This document shows, piece by piece, positions 31,395 to 41,063 of a DNA stretch of 64,000 nt. A program made the position numbers and the translations under genes. The notes below the pieces were generated by a model, which was not told the DNA's origin, ran no database searches, and worked only from the letters and a program-made list of their open reading frames with translations. The stretch covers positions 1,312,001 to 1,376,000 of the forward strand of contig CAXXDV010000001.1 in the NCBI GenBank assembly GCA_963674745.2, written 5' to 3'. This DNA comes from Desulfosudaceae bacterium (GTDB lineage Bacteria > Desulfobacterota > Desulfobacteria > Desulfobacterales > Desulfosudaceae). The first letter of the stretch is position 1. Each line of letters begins with the position of its first letter.

Positions 31395-31605
31395 TCTTCA
31401 AAAACCCTTCCGGTGATCTGCAGTTCATTCTAGAGGCAAAGGTCTCATGACACCGGCCCTTTCTAATCGCCTTTTTCAATAAAAGCTTATCTACCCGAGG
31501 TTTTCTGGTGGTGCCTTATCCATGACCGGTTTTTTCTTATGGATAATGGCCCCAACAGAAAAGCCCGAAGACACCATCAATCAGGTAATGAAGGAAACAA
31601 ACCAT

Positions 31606-32922
31606 ATGGGCATAAGATATCCGTTGCTTTTGTGGCTGTGTCTTTTTTGTTTTTTCCCCGGCATAAATGCTTCTGTTTTGGGGAACGAAGAACGGACAGT
31701 AAAAGAAACAGTCGTCATGTCATTTAATGATAAGCGCTTAACCGCTTGTCATCAAACCAGAGCGGTCGGCTTGACGCTTGAAAAAGCCGTTTCTGCGGCG
31801 CTTGATAAAAATCCGGATTTAAAGGCAGCAGAGATCAATACCCGGATTGGGGAAGCGGCAGTACAACAGGCCGGTCTTTTTCTAAATCCGGAAATTGAAT
31901 TTGAATACGAGAATTTTGATGAACCTGAAACAACCTTGACCGTCGGTTATCTGTTGGAGCTGGGCAAAAAGCGCAAGTATCGCCGGGATGTGGCTGTTGC
32001 CGAAAAAGACCTGCTCATCGCTGAAACTGAAGGCACGCGGTCGGACATCATTTGCCAGACCGCCGCCGCCTTTATCAATGTGCTGATGGCGCAGGAAAAC
32101 CTGCATATCACCCTTGAAAAAGAGAAGGTGGCCGATCAGGTTTTTGAAACAGCCAGACAACAGGTTATGGCCGGCCATGTCGCGCCAATGGAAGCGGTAA
32201 CAGCCGAAATAAATAAAAAAAAGGCGAGACTTGAAGTAGAAAAAGCGGAAAATGAAAACCTGGTTTTTCGGACCCTGCTGTCGGCCATGTGGGATGGTTC
32301 GGCTGATGACTTTGGCCAGGCGGTTGGCGCCTTTGATCGAATTCAGCCGCTTCCCGCTCTCGAAGCGTTGACCGAGGCCATCGACAATTCACCTGTGATC
32401 AGGGCGAAACGGTCGGAAATCAGCATCGCGGCCAACTGCTTGACGCTTGAAAACCGGAGCCGCATACCCGACCTGTCCCTTTCCGGTGGCATGAAGGAAT
32501 CAGACGAGATTGACGACACAATTTACATTGTGGGCATCTCCATGCCTATTCCGTTATTTGACCGGAACCAGGGGGGGGTAGCCCGGGCTTCCGCCGAGCT
32601 GAGGCAGCAGCAGGCTGAGTTGAAAGCGGAAAAGAAGCGGTTGCTGACAGAAGTTCAAACGGCTTTTCAAAGGTTGAAAACCGTGCATGATCAGGTCAAT
32701 ACCATGAAAACCAACATCCTGCCTGCCGCTGAAAACGTGCTTGATACCGTCAAGGAAGGGTATCGGGAAGGAGAATTCAGTCTCCTTGATATGCTGGCAG
32801 CCCAGGGCACTTTTTATGAAACCCGGGAAAGCCATATTGCGTCACTGGGGCAGTATCATCACACCATAATTGACCTGGAAAGACTGCTGGGGCGGGACCT
32901 TCTTCGGCTCAACCAGGATTAG
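31606..32922 (+). CDS. czcC: TolC-family outer membrane factor (CzcC-like)
   Basis: NPDL, NPEI, PIPLFDRNQG, GYREGEFSLLD; probable start 31606. Confidence 0.88.
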   Translation: MGIRYPLLLWLCLFCFFPGINASVLGNEERTVKETVVMSFNDKRLTACHQTRAVGLTLEKAVSAALDKNPDLKAAEINTRIGEAAVQQAGLFLNPEIEFEYENFDEPETTLTVGYLLELGKKRKYRRDVAVAEKDLLIAETEGTRSDIICQTAAAFINVLMAQENLHITLEKEKVADQVFETARQQVMAGHVAPMEAVTAEINKKKARLEVEKAENENLVFRTLLSAMWDGSADDFGQAVGAFDRIQPLPALEALTEAIDNSPVIRAKRSEISIAANCLTLENRSRIPDLSLSGGMKESDEIDDTIYIVGISMPIPLFDRNQGGVARASAELRQQQAELKAEKKRLLTEVQTAFQRLKTVHDQVNTMKTNILPAAENVLDTVKEGYREGEFSLLDMLAAQGTFYETRESHIASLGQYHHTIIDLERLLGRDLLRLNQD

Positions 32923-32957
32923 CCAGTTAAAGAAATTAAAATAAGGAGTCATATTTA

Positions 32958-34340
32958 ATGAATACCAAACATATCGTTCTGATTGTCATCATAGCGGCGG
33001 CACTTGTCGGTTTTCGGGTCCATAATGCCGGATCAGTCGTCGAACCGGTAACAGTATACATCGAACACAATGACGAAAAAAATTCCGCCCATGCCCATGA
33101 TCACATGGACCATGAAACAGCGGATACGCATGAAGGCCATAACCATTCAGCCCATGACGAAGAGGAGGCGGTGCATCAAGAAGCAGCCGAAGCCGGTCAT
33201 GACGGCCATGAAGATGCGTGCCAAGAGACCGGCGGGCATGACCGTCATGAAGGTCATGAACATGAAGACGTTGTTGAGCTGATGACCGCCGCCCAGGCTG
33301 AGGAAGCGGGTCTAACGACCGATATCATAAAAACCGGTTCCATCAACCGGCAGATTAAACTTACCGGCGAGGTCCGTTTTAATCAGGACCGCATCATACA
33401 CCTGGTGCCCCGGATTGCCGGCGTGGTGGCTTCGGTCAGCAACAATCTGGGTGATCATGTTGAAAAAGGCGATGTGCTGGCGATTATACACAGCCGTGAA
33501 CTGACGGATATCAAATCCGAATACCTTTCGGCCATCGGGCGGATTGAAAACGCCAAAATTAACTTTGAACGCGAGGCCGCTTTGTGGGAAAAGAAAATCA
33601 TTCCTGAACGGCAATACCTGGCCGGCAAACAGATCTTTGTTGAAACCCGCATTGCACTGCAGGCTGCCGAGCGCAAACTCCATGCGCTGGGCTTTTCCGA
33701 ACGCTATATCTCGGGGCTTCCCGGGCAGCCCCATGAAACCCTGTTTCTATATCAGTTAATCGCACCGGCAGACGGCGTCATTATTGAAAAACACATCGTG
33801 CAGGGAGAACTGGTGACAACCGAATCGCCGGTGTTTATTGTTGCCGATACCACCTCCCTCTGGATCGACTTGCAGGTATACCTTAAGGACTTACCATTTA
33901 TAGAAACCGGGCAGAAAGTGCTGGTCAGCGCTCAGGATGATAAACTGGTCGCAAAAGGCGTTATTTCCTTTTTATCGCCTGTGATCAATCGGGAGACGCG
34001 TACCGCTCTGGCGCGAGTCGAGCTTTCAACGGCTGACCCGATGTGGCGGGCCGGGTTGTTTGCTACGGCTGTCGTAACGCCGGAACAAAAAAGCGACAGC
34101 CGTATGGTTGCTGTTCCCACCAAAGCCATCCAGACCATAGAGGGAAGGCCGACGCTGTTTATTTTAACGGACGAAGGTTATGTTCCCAGGACAGTGAAGA
34201 CAGGAAGATCCAACAATACCCATGTCGAGATTGTTGCCGGCGTCAATGTCGGTGAGACCTATGTCAGCAACGGGTCCTTTGAATTAAAGGCCAAAATGGT
34301 TACCAGTGCCATGGACGGTCATGCCGGTCACGGGCACTAA
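32958..34340 (+). CDS. czcB: RND periplasmic adaptor with His-rich N-terminal region (CzcB-like)
   Basis: HAHDHMDH...HEGHEHE, GDHVEKGDVL, APADG, ETRTA, C-terminal GHAGHGH. Confidence 0.9.
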   Translation: MNTKHIVLIVIIAAALVGFRVHNAGSVVEPVTVYIEHNDEKNSAHAHDHMDHETADTHEGHNHSAHDEEEAVHQEAAEAGHDGHEDACQETGGHDRHEGHEHEDVVELMTAAQAEEAGLTTDIIKTGSINRQIKLTGEVRFNQDRIIHLVPRIAGVVASVSNNLGDHVEKGDVLAIIHSRELTDIKSEYLSAIGRIENAKINFEREAALWEKKIIPERQYLAGKQIFVETRIALQAAERKLHALGFSERYISGLPGQPHETLFLYQLIAPADGVIIEKHIVQGELVTTESPVFIVADTTSLWIDLQVYLKDLPFIETGQKVLVSAQDDKLVAKGVISFLSPVINRETRTALARVELSTADPMWRAGLFATAVVTPEQKSDSRMVAVPTKAIQTIEGRPTLFILTDEGYVPRTVKTGRSNNTHVEIVAGVNVGETYVSNGSFELKAKMVTSAMDGHAGHGH

Positions 34341-34396
34341 TCAGGGCCGGGCAAAACGTTTTCAACAAGCTCAATTTTATGCATAAGGAACAATAA

Positions 34397-37300
34397 ATGA
34401 TTGATTATATAATTGAAAAAGCCATAAAAGAGCGGCTGATCATTATTATCGGCCTGCTCTGCATTATCGGTTACGGCATTTATGAATATAATAGGCTTCC
34501 GGTAGAGGCTTTTCCCGATGTGTCACCGGTCATGGTGCCTGTTTTTGCTGAAGCCCATGGCATGGCACCCGAGGAGGTGGAGCGGCTGATCACATTTCCG
34601 GTTGAAACAGCCATGAACGGGCTGCCCGGCGTATCCCAGGTCAAGTCCACCTCCGCTTTTGGCATGGCCGCGGTTTATGTCTATTTCTCCGATGAAACGG
34701 ATATTTACTTTGCCCGCCAGATTGTGGCCGAGCGCCTGGCCAACGCCATGGCCGATCTGCCGGAAATGCATGAACCGCCCGGACTGGGGCCGATTTCATC
34801 CGGCCTGGGCCAGATTTTCATCTATTATTTGACCATCAGCGAGGATGCCGATACCGGGGGCAGGGATCCGGCTACTTTTCTGCGAGAAGTTAACGACTGG
34901 ATCGTCAAGTTCCAACTTCAATCCATTCCCGGCGTTACCGATATCCTTTCCATCGGCGGTCATATTCTACAATACCAGGTAAAGATTAATCCTGATCGAA
35001 TGAACCAGTTTCACATCAGTCTGGGGGAACTGGTGAAAACCATTCAAAACAACAACAACAATGCCGGCGGGCAGTTTTTGACCCTGAACCATGAAGAATA
35101 TCTGGTCCGGGGCATCGGCCTGCTTCAGGACCTGAACGATATCCGTGACCTGCCCATCAAGGTGGTCAACGGCACGCCGGTTCGGGTCAAGGATGTGGCC
35201 GAAGTTGATTTCGGCAAGGAACTCCGTCGAGGTATCGTCACCCGAAACGGAGAAAAAGAAGTCGTCTCCGGCATCGTAATGCAATTGTTCGGAGAAAACA
35301 CGTCGGATGTCATCGAGCGGCTTTACGACAAAATTCCCGCCATACAAGCGTCGCTTCCGGAAGGGATAGAACTGGTTCCCTTTTATGAACAGGCGGAACT
35401 GGTATCAAAGGCTACCGGGACGGTTAAAAAAGCGCTGGTTTTCGGGGCCGTACTGGTCATCTGTTCGCTGTTTCTGTTTCTGGGTAATCTGCGTACCGCC
35501 CTGATCGTGGCCTTTGCCCTGCCGCTGTGCGTGTTGATTGCCGTCATTTTTATGGGGCTGAAAGGCTTATCCGCCAATCTCATGTCTTTGGGCGGGATTG
35601 CCGTGGGTATCGGCATGCTCGGTGATGGTGCAATCGTTATGGTTGAAAATATTTTTCGGCATTTGTCCCTGCCCGAAAACCGCGGTCGTCCAAAAATCGA
35701 TACGATTGTCCGGGCAGCCCGGGAAGTCGGGCGCCCAATTGTTTTTTCCATAGCCATCATCGTAATCGTTTTCATACCGATTTTTACCCTGCAGCAGGTG
35801 GAAGGCAAAATGTTTTCACCCATGGCTTTTACCATCGTTTTTGCCTTGATCGGATCGATTCTAGCCGCCCTGGTGATGGCCCCGGTGGTGTCCGTCTATG
35901 TTTTACAGCCCCGGAAAGGCCGTGAGTTTATTGTCTTGCGGTTTTTCAAGAAGCTCTACCGACCGGCGCTGGAAAAGGCCATAGATCATAAAAAAACGGT
36001 CCTGTTTATCACGATTATTGTTTTTTTCGTCAGCCTGATGCTGGTACCAAGGCTGGGCACGGAGTTTATTCCGACGCTTGAAGAAGGCTCCATCCTGATT
36101 GGTGTAACCATGGCGCCGGCCATTTCCATGGACAAGGGAAAAGAAATCATCATGAAAATGGAACGAAAAATCATGGCCTTTGATGCGGTAAAAGAAACCG
36201 TTTCCCGCATCGGCCGGCCGGAAGCCGGCAGTCATCCGCACCCGGTTAATTACGCAGAGGTTCACATTGAGCTCAAACCGGCCCATGAATGGAAAAAATA
36301 TAAAAGCAAGGCCGGGCTTATTACCGCATTGGAAAAGACGTTGAAAACGTATCCCGGGGTCCAGCTTAATTTTACCCAGCCCATTCAGAACGCTTTTGAT
36401 GAGCTGCTGTCCGGTGTTAAATCCCAGTTGGCGATTAAGTTGTTCGGTGATGATTTAAGCATTTTAAAAACCAAGGCCGAGGAAATTAAAAGCGCCATAA
36501 TTGATATTCCCGGGCTGGTGGACCTTTCCACGGAACAGAGTTTCGGTCAGCCTCAGGTTCAGATTGTCGCCGATCGTCAAGCCTGCTCTCGCTATGGGGT
36601 CAATGTGTCTGAATTGCTGGAAGTTGTTGAGCTGGCTATTGGCGGAGAAGTCATTGATCAGATGTATCTGAACAGCCGGCGCTTCGGCATCCATGTGCGG
36701 TTTCAGGAGTCTTTCCGCTCAGACCCGGCAGCCATTTCAAACCTGCTCATTCAGGCCGAAAACGGGCAGTTGGTGCCATTGTCCCAGGTGGCCCGGGTCA
36801 GGACGGTCATCGGTCCGGTCCAGATAAACCGGGAACAGAATCAGCGACGGTGGATGATTCAAGCCAATGTCCGGGGTCGGGACATGGGCGGCGTCGTCGC
36901 CGACATCCAGCGACTGATCGCGGATAAAGTTGATTTGCCGCCGGGTTATTATGTTGATTACGGCGGACAGTTCGAGAATCAGCAACGGGCCATGAAGCGT
37001 CTGGCGATTATTGTTCCTATTGCCATTCTGCTGATTTTTCTGATGCTGTATATGGCTTTTGACGATTTTCGCAACTCCCTGCTGATAATCGTAAACGTTC
37101 CCCTGTCCCTGATCGGTGGTATTGTGGGGCTTTATGTGTGTGGAGAATATCTTTCCGTGCCGGCTTCGGTCGGATTTGTCGCGCTTTTTGGTATTGCGGT
37201 CCAGAACGGTGTCGTGCTGGTATCGTATATCAGGCAGGAACGGGTGCAGGGCATGGCGCTCAGAGCGGCCCTGGTTAACGGCGCGCTACTTCGACTGCGG

Positions 37301-37480
37301 CCGGTGCTGATGACGGCTTTTACCACCATTGTCGGCCTGATACCGCTGTTGCTGTCTACCGGAATCGGTTCGGAAGTTCAGCGCCCGCTGGCTATCGTGG
37401 TTGTTTTCGGTCTGATTTCATCAACATTGCTGACGCTGTTTCTGATTCCGGCCATGTATGGGTGGTTTGAAAAGGGATAA
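34397..37480 (+). CDS. czcA: Heavy-metal efflux RND permease (CusA/CzcA family)
   Basis: LPVEAFPD, ANLMSLGG...DGAIVMVEN, GKMFSPMA, RLRPVLMTA, GSEVQRPLA. Confidence 0.93.
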   Translation: MIDYIIEKAIKERLIIIIGLLCIIGYGIYEYNRLPVEAFPDVSPVMVPVFAEAHGMAPEEVERLITFPVETAMNGLPGVSQVKSTSAFGMAAVYVYFSDETDIYFARQIVAERLANAMADLPEMHEPPGLGPISSGLGQIFIYYLTISEDADTGGRDPATFLREVNDWIVKFQLQSIPGVTDILSIGGHILQYQVKINPDRMNQFHISLGELVKTIQNNNNNAGGQFLTLNHEEYLVRGIGLLQDLNDIRDLPIKVVNGTPVRVKDVAEVDFGKELRRGIVTRNGEKEVVSGIVMQLFGENTSDVIERLYDKIPAIQASLPEGIELVPFYEQAELVSKATGTVKKALVFGAVLVICSLFLFLGNLRTALIVAFALPLCVLIAVIFMGLKGLSANLMSLGGIAVGIGMLGDGAIVMVENIFRHLSLPENRGRPKIDTIVRAAREVGRPIVFSIAIIVIVFIPIFTLQQVEGKMFSPMAFTIVFALIGSILAALVMAPVVSVYVLQPRKGREFIVLRFFKKLYRPALEKAIDHKKTVLFITIIVFFVSLMLVPRLGTEFIPTLEEGSILIGVTMAPAISMDKGKEIIMKMERKIMAFDAVKETVSRIGRPEAGSHPHPVNYAEVHIELKPAHEWKKYKSKAGLITALEKTLKTYPGVQLNFTQPIQNAFDELLSGVKSQLAIKLFGDDLSILKTKAEEIKSAIIDIPGLVDLSTEQSFGQPQVQIVADRQACSRYGVNVSELLEVVELAIGGEVIDQMYLNSRRFGIHVRFQESFRSDPAAISNLLIQAENGQLVPLSQVARVRTVIGPVQINREQNQRRWMIQANVRGRDMGGVVADIQRLIADKVDLPPGYYVDYGGQFENQQRAMKRLAIIVPIAILLIFLMLYMAFDDFRNSLLIIVNVPLSLIGGIVGLYVCGEYLSVPASVGFVALFGIAVQNGVVLVSYIRQERVQGMALRAALVNGALLRLRPVLMTAFTTIVGLIPLLLSTGIGSEVQRPLAIVVVFGLISSTLLTLFLIPAMYGWFEKG

Positions 37481-37716
37481 CCGGTCGTGTTCGGGTTGGT
37501 CTTGATCCATTATTTTCTTGTTTGTTTATTTTCAATTGATTATTCTGGACATATAAATTCCTGATAACTTCTAATACGAAGCTGGTGTTCAGAGCGCTTC
37601 TTGGGGCTTGTTTGATAAAAAGGCGGGCGAAAAGGGTTCCGTATTTAACAGGTTCCTTTTCATGAAATATCCAGGCAGGTAGACAATCGGTTTTAGCACT
37701 CAAAAAGGAGGAAATT

Positions 37717-37908
37717 ATGAAAGCACGTGTCACCGGTCAATGTATGGGAGATCGTAACTGCAACAATTTGTGTCCGGAAGTGTTTCAGTATGATGAAGAT
37801 CAGTTAAAGTCCGTGGTGCAGTTTGATGAGATCCCGGAGAAATACGAGGAAGTGGTGCGCCGGGCGGCCGAGGAGTGCGGCGCCCAGGCCATTGAAATCG
37901 AAGAGTAA
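37717..37908 (+). CDS. Single-cluster ferredoxin (CxxDxxC type)
   Basis: CMGDRNCNNLCPEVF...AAEECGAQAI; AGGAGG RBS. Confidence 0.88.
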   Translation: MKARVTGQCMGDRNCNNLCPEVFQYDEDQLKSVVQFDEIPEKYEEVVRRAAEECGAQAIEIEE

Positions 37909-37943
37909 TACCCGGGTGTTTACTTTAGCCCAAAGGAGGGCAG

Positions 37944-38519
37944 ATGGGTAAATTTCGTGACAGCCGGACCGCCCGCAACCTGTTGCTTTCGTTTGCGGGA
38001 GAGTCCCAGGCTCGAAACCGCTATACGTATTTCGCGCGCCAGGCTTTTGAAGAGGGGTTTGTTCAGATTGCCGATATTTTTGAAGAGACGGCTGATCAGG
38101 AATGCGAACACGCCCTGCGGTTTTTCAAATTTTTCAACGGCGGAGAGATGGAGATCACCGGCAGCTTTCCGTCCGGTGTGATCAAGAGCACCTACGACAA
38201 CCTGCTGGCGGCGGCTGACGGCGAACGATTCGAGCACAGTGAGCTTTACCCGGGGTTCGCGCAGACAGCCCGCGAAGAAGGCTTTGAGCGGGCCGCCGAT
38301 ACCTGGGACGCCATCAGTGTTTCCGAACAGCAGCATGAAAAACGATACCGGGACCTGGCGGCCAACCTGCAGGCTGACCGGGTATTTTCCCGGGAGCAGA
38401 AAACGGTCTGGCGCTGCCGCAATTGCGGGTACCTGCATACCGGTACCGAAGCCCCGGAAAAGTGCCCGGCCTGTGTCATGCCGCAGGGGTATTTCGAGCT
38501 GCTGGCGGAAAACTGGTAG
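37944..38519 (+). CDS. rbr: Rubrerythrin
   Basis: FAGESQARNRY, QECEHA, EQQHE, WRCRNCGY..CPAC. Confidence 0.95.
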   Translation: MGKFRDSRTARNLLLSFAGESQARNRYTYFARQAFEEGFVQIADIFEETADQECEHALRFFKFFNGGEMEITGSFPSGVIKSTYDNLLAAADGERFEHSELYPGFAQTAREEGFERAADTWDAISVSEQQHEKRYRDLAANLQADRVFSREQKTVWRCRNCGYLHTGTEAPEKCPACVMPQGYFELLAENW

Positions 38520-38540
38520 GGGGCCGGTCAAAAAAACATT

Positions 38541-39026
38541 CTATTTCTTTTTTCCTGCAGCGACGGCCGGGTTGAGCATGTCCGTGCCGTCGCGATGGGT
38601 ATATTCGATGTCCTGGGCCTGCACCGGCTTTCCGCAGTGGCTGCAGCACATGATGGGTTTCAGCCGGTGACCGCAGGTTTTGTGGTGAAGCATCAATGGC
38701 GGTCCCTGGCCGTCATCCAGCCACTTGTCCCCCCACTGCATCATGGTCAGAATAACCGGGTAAAGGTCCAGTCCTTTTACGGTCAACCGGTATTGAATCC
38801 GGCGGGCGTCATCCGGGTCGGTTCGTTTTTCCATAATACCGTTTTCGGTCAAAATCTTAAGGCGATCAGAGAGGATGTTGGTGGCAATGCCCAGGTTGGC
38901 CTTAAACCGGTCATAATAGCGGACACCGAAAAACGCCTCCCGCAATATCAGAAACAGCCAGCGATCCCCCAGCACCATCAACAACCGGGCCACTGAACAG
39001 TTCCGGAAATCCGTTTCTTTTTTCAT
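38541..39026 (-). CDS. HxlR-family winged-helix transcriptional regulator with C-terminal Cys/His motif
   Basis: CSVARLLMVLGDRW, LSDRLK, YRLTVKG, HKTCG...CSHCG. Confidence 0.9.
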   Translation of the reverse strand: MKKETDFRNCSVARLLMVLGDRWLFLILREAFFGVRYYDRFKANLGIATNILSDRLKILTENGIMEKRTDPDDARRIQYRLTVKGLDLYPVILTMMQWGDKWLDDGQGPPLMLHHKTCGHRLKPIMCCSHCGKPVQAQDIEYTHRDGTDMLNPAVAAGKKK

Positions 39027-39067
39027 CTGCAGGCCTCCTCAAAAAAATTTATAAAAAAATACATTTT

Positions 39068-39125
39068 TAACTTGCATTTTGCAAGCGGTTTTGTAAAATA
39101 TAATTAACTTGCAAAAAGAAAGTTA
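39068..39125. promoter_or_regulatory. Paired imperfect palindromes in a divergent promoter (probable HxlR operators)
   Basis: TAACTTGCATTTTGCAAGC and TAACTTGCAAAAAGAAAGTTA. Confidence 0.55.
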
Positions 39126-39163
39126 AAAAACCGTGTAATGTAAACAACTAAAAGGAGGTCACC

Positions 39164-40024
39164 ATGAGCACCCAGGATTTGATACTGAGCATGGACGGCG
39201 ATACCGCCCGCATCACCTTAAACCGGCCTGAGGTGAAAAACGCCTTGAGCATGGCGCTCTCGGAAATGCTGGTTGATGCCGTCGGGAAGATAAAACGATC
39301 CACAGCCATTAAATTTGTCGTTTTTCAGGGTGCCGGTGATACGTTTTGCGCCGGTGACGATATCACTGAAATGATGCGCTGGGCGGAAGATGAGAACGGT
39401 GAATATACCCAGGGCGCCAACGGGGTCATGCGCCGGGTAAGGATTTATCAGGATATGGCCAATGCCATTGAAGATCTGGATAAAATGACCATCAGCGCCG
39501 TGGACGGTTATGCCGTGGGCGGCGGCCTTGAAATTACCATGGCCTGTGATTTTGTCATCGCCACCGAACGGGCCATATGGGGGATGCCGGAAGTTGACAG
39601 CGGGATTACCCCCGGCTGGGGCGGTACAACCCGTATGTCGCGTTATATTGGAAAACGCCGGACCAAAGAGATCAATATCATCGGTGCCCTCATGCCGGCC
39701 AGAAAAGCCGTGGAATGGAACCTGTGGAACCGGGTGGTGTCTGACGACAGGCTGAACGAGGAAGTGGAGGCGCTGCTTGAGGTTTTGCGGGCCAAAAATC
39801 AGCAGGCCTGTCGACAGTTGAAGTACATTATCAACCGCGGCTGCGAAACCGAACTCTATACCGCCCAGGGCTTTGAGATGCTGTCGGCCGGCCTGAGCGG
39901 CGCTGTCAACGGCTTATGGCAGGTTCAGGACGCGGATCAGGGCAGCGGCATCCTGGATTTTGCCGAAAAAGGGAGCCTGTGGCACAAGCGGCGCAGCCTG
40001 GCCAGGCATTTTTGGGCGGATTGA
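39164..40024 (+). CDS. Enoyl-CoA hydratase/isomerase family protein
   Basis: NRPEVKNAL, FCAGDD, GYAVGGGLE, GMPE..GITPGWGG. Confidence 0.92.
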   Translation: MSTQDLILSMDGDTARITLNRPEVKNALSMALSEMLVDAVGKIKRSTAIKFVVFQGAGDTFCAGDDITEMMRWAEDENGEYTQGANGVMRRVRIYQDMANAIEDLDKMTISAVDGYAVGGGLEITMACDFVIATERAIWGMPEVDSGITPGWGGTTRMSRYIGKRRTKEINIIGALMPARKAVEWNLWNRVVSDDRLNEEVEALLEVLRAKNQQACRQLKYIINRGCETELYTAQGFEMLSAGLSGAVNGLWQVQDADQGSGILDFAEKGSLWHKRRSLARHFWAD

Positions 40025-40028
40025 GAGG

Positions 40029-40871
40029 TCAGAGGGTGAAGCGGAGAAACGGCCTCATCCGGTTCCGACGCATGGAAAAAACCATGCCGGGCGTGGGTAG
40101 AAAAAAGGGATCATAAACCGGAAAGCCAAGGCCGGGCATCTTTTTGGTGAGGCCGTATTTTCCGGGATGAAAAACCATTTCAGATAAGGGCAGGGTCAGT
40201 TTATAGTCATAATCCAGCCGACCTTCGCCGACAATACCGACAAACCGGGAAACGCTTTCCGGGTCACGCAAGGTGCCGCGGACACCGGGATGGTCCTGCT
40301 GCCACTTTCGGGCCGCTTCCCGGGAAGCAAAGAAGCTGTTAAAATCACACCAGCCGACAACGTTGTCCGGTAATTGTCGCAAGGCAGCACCGAAATGAAC
40401 CACCAGGGTTGAGGGGGCGTAATTGACCAGGATACCGTCCCGGCCGATCAGCCGTACCGGCTCGCCGGTCTGGCGGCAACGGGATTCCACCACGACCTCT
40501 TTGCCCGGAAACATATAGGAAATGCCGCAGCATTCCACCGCGCATTCGCCAAACCATTTCTGTTCACCGTCTACTGTAACCGGGTAGTGGTTTTTAAAGG
40601 TGGCAAACGGCCGCACGTAGAATATTTCACCAGGACGGGGCAGCCCCTCTTCAGACGTTTCATCTTGAAACGTTTGCTGACGGGAATGGGCTTCGGTCTG
40701 AAGCGCGATCACCAGGGCCGCTTCCAGATCATGTAGAACGTCCGACAGGGCCTGGTCGGATAAGTTATGCTGTTCGGCCAGCTCCGCCACACCGGGACAG
40801 GTGCCGTGGATCAGCATATTGTCCATAAGGGTTTTTCTTACCTGAAGAGCGGTATCGGAAAGGGTTGCCAT
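40029..40871 (-). CDS. Organomercurial lyase (MerB)-like protein
   Basis: GECAVE, VESRCRQTGEPV, WCDFNSFFASREAARKW resemble MerB WCALD, SHCAATG, FCCHVHFFAS; start ATG 40871. Confidence 0.72.
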   Translation of the reverse strand: MATLSDTALQVRKTLMDNMLIHGTCPGVAELAEQHNLSDQALSDVLHDLEAALVIALQTEAHSRQQTFQDETSEEGLPRPGEIFYVRPFATFKNHYPVTVDGEQKWFGECAVECCGISYMFPGKEVVVESRCRQTGEPVRLIGRDGILVNYAPSTLVVHFGAALRQLPDNVVGWCDFNSFFASREAARKWQQDHPGVRGTLRDPESVSRFVGIVGEGRLDYDYKLTLPLSEMVFHPGKYGLTKKMPGLGFPVYDPFFLPTPGMVFSMRRNRMRPFLRFTL

Positions 40872-41063
40872 AAGCGGTCTCCGTTCGTGTTCTAGGGCAC
40901 GGCATCTAAAAATGTGCTTTAATATCAAGATGATAATTATACATTTATAAGACCTGTCAGAAACGGTTGTCAATGAAAAACCGCCCCCTGTTTTTGATAA
41001 TGGAAAAAAATCTAAAAAGATGGTATTTTATAAAAATAATAGAAATCAATTCATGGACGTTTC

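Noticed and set aside
31395..31605. Possible NiCo riboswitch upstream of czcC
   Set aside because: Could not identify the four-way-junction consensus by eye; needs an Rfam covariance search
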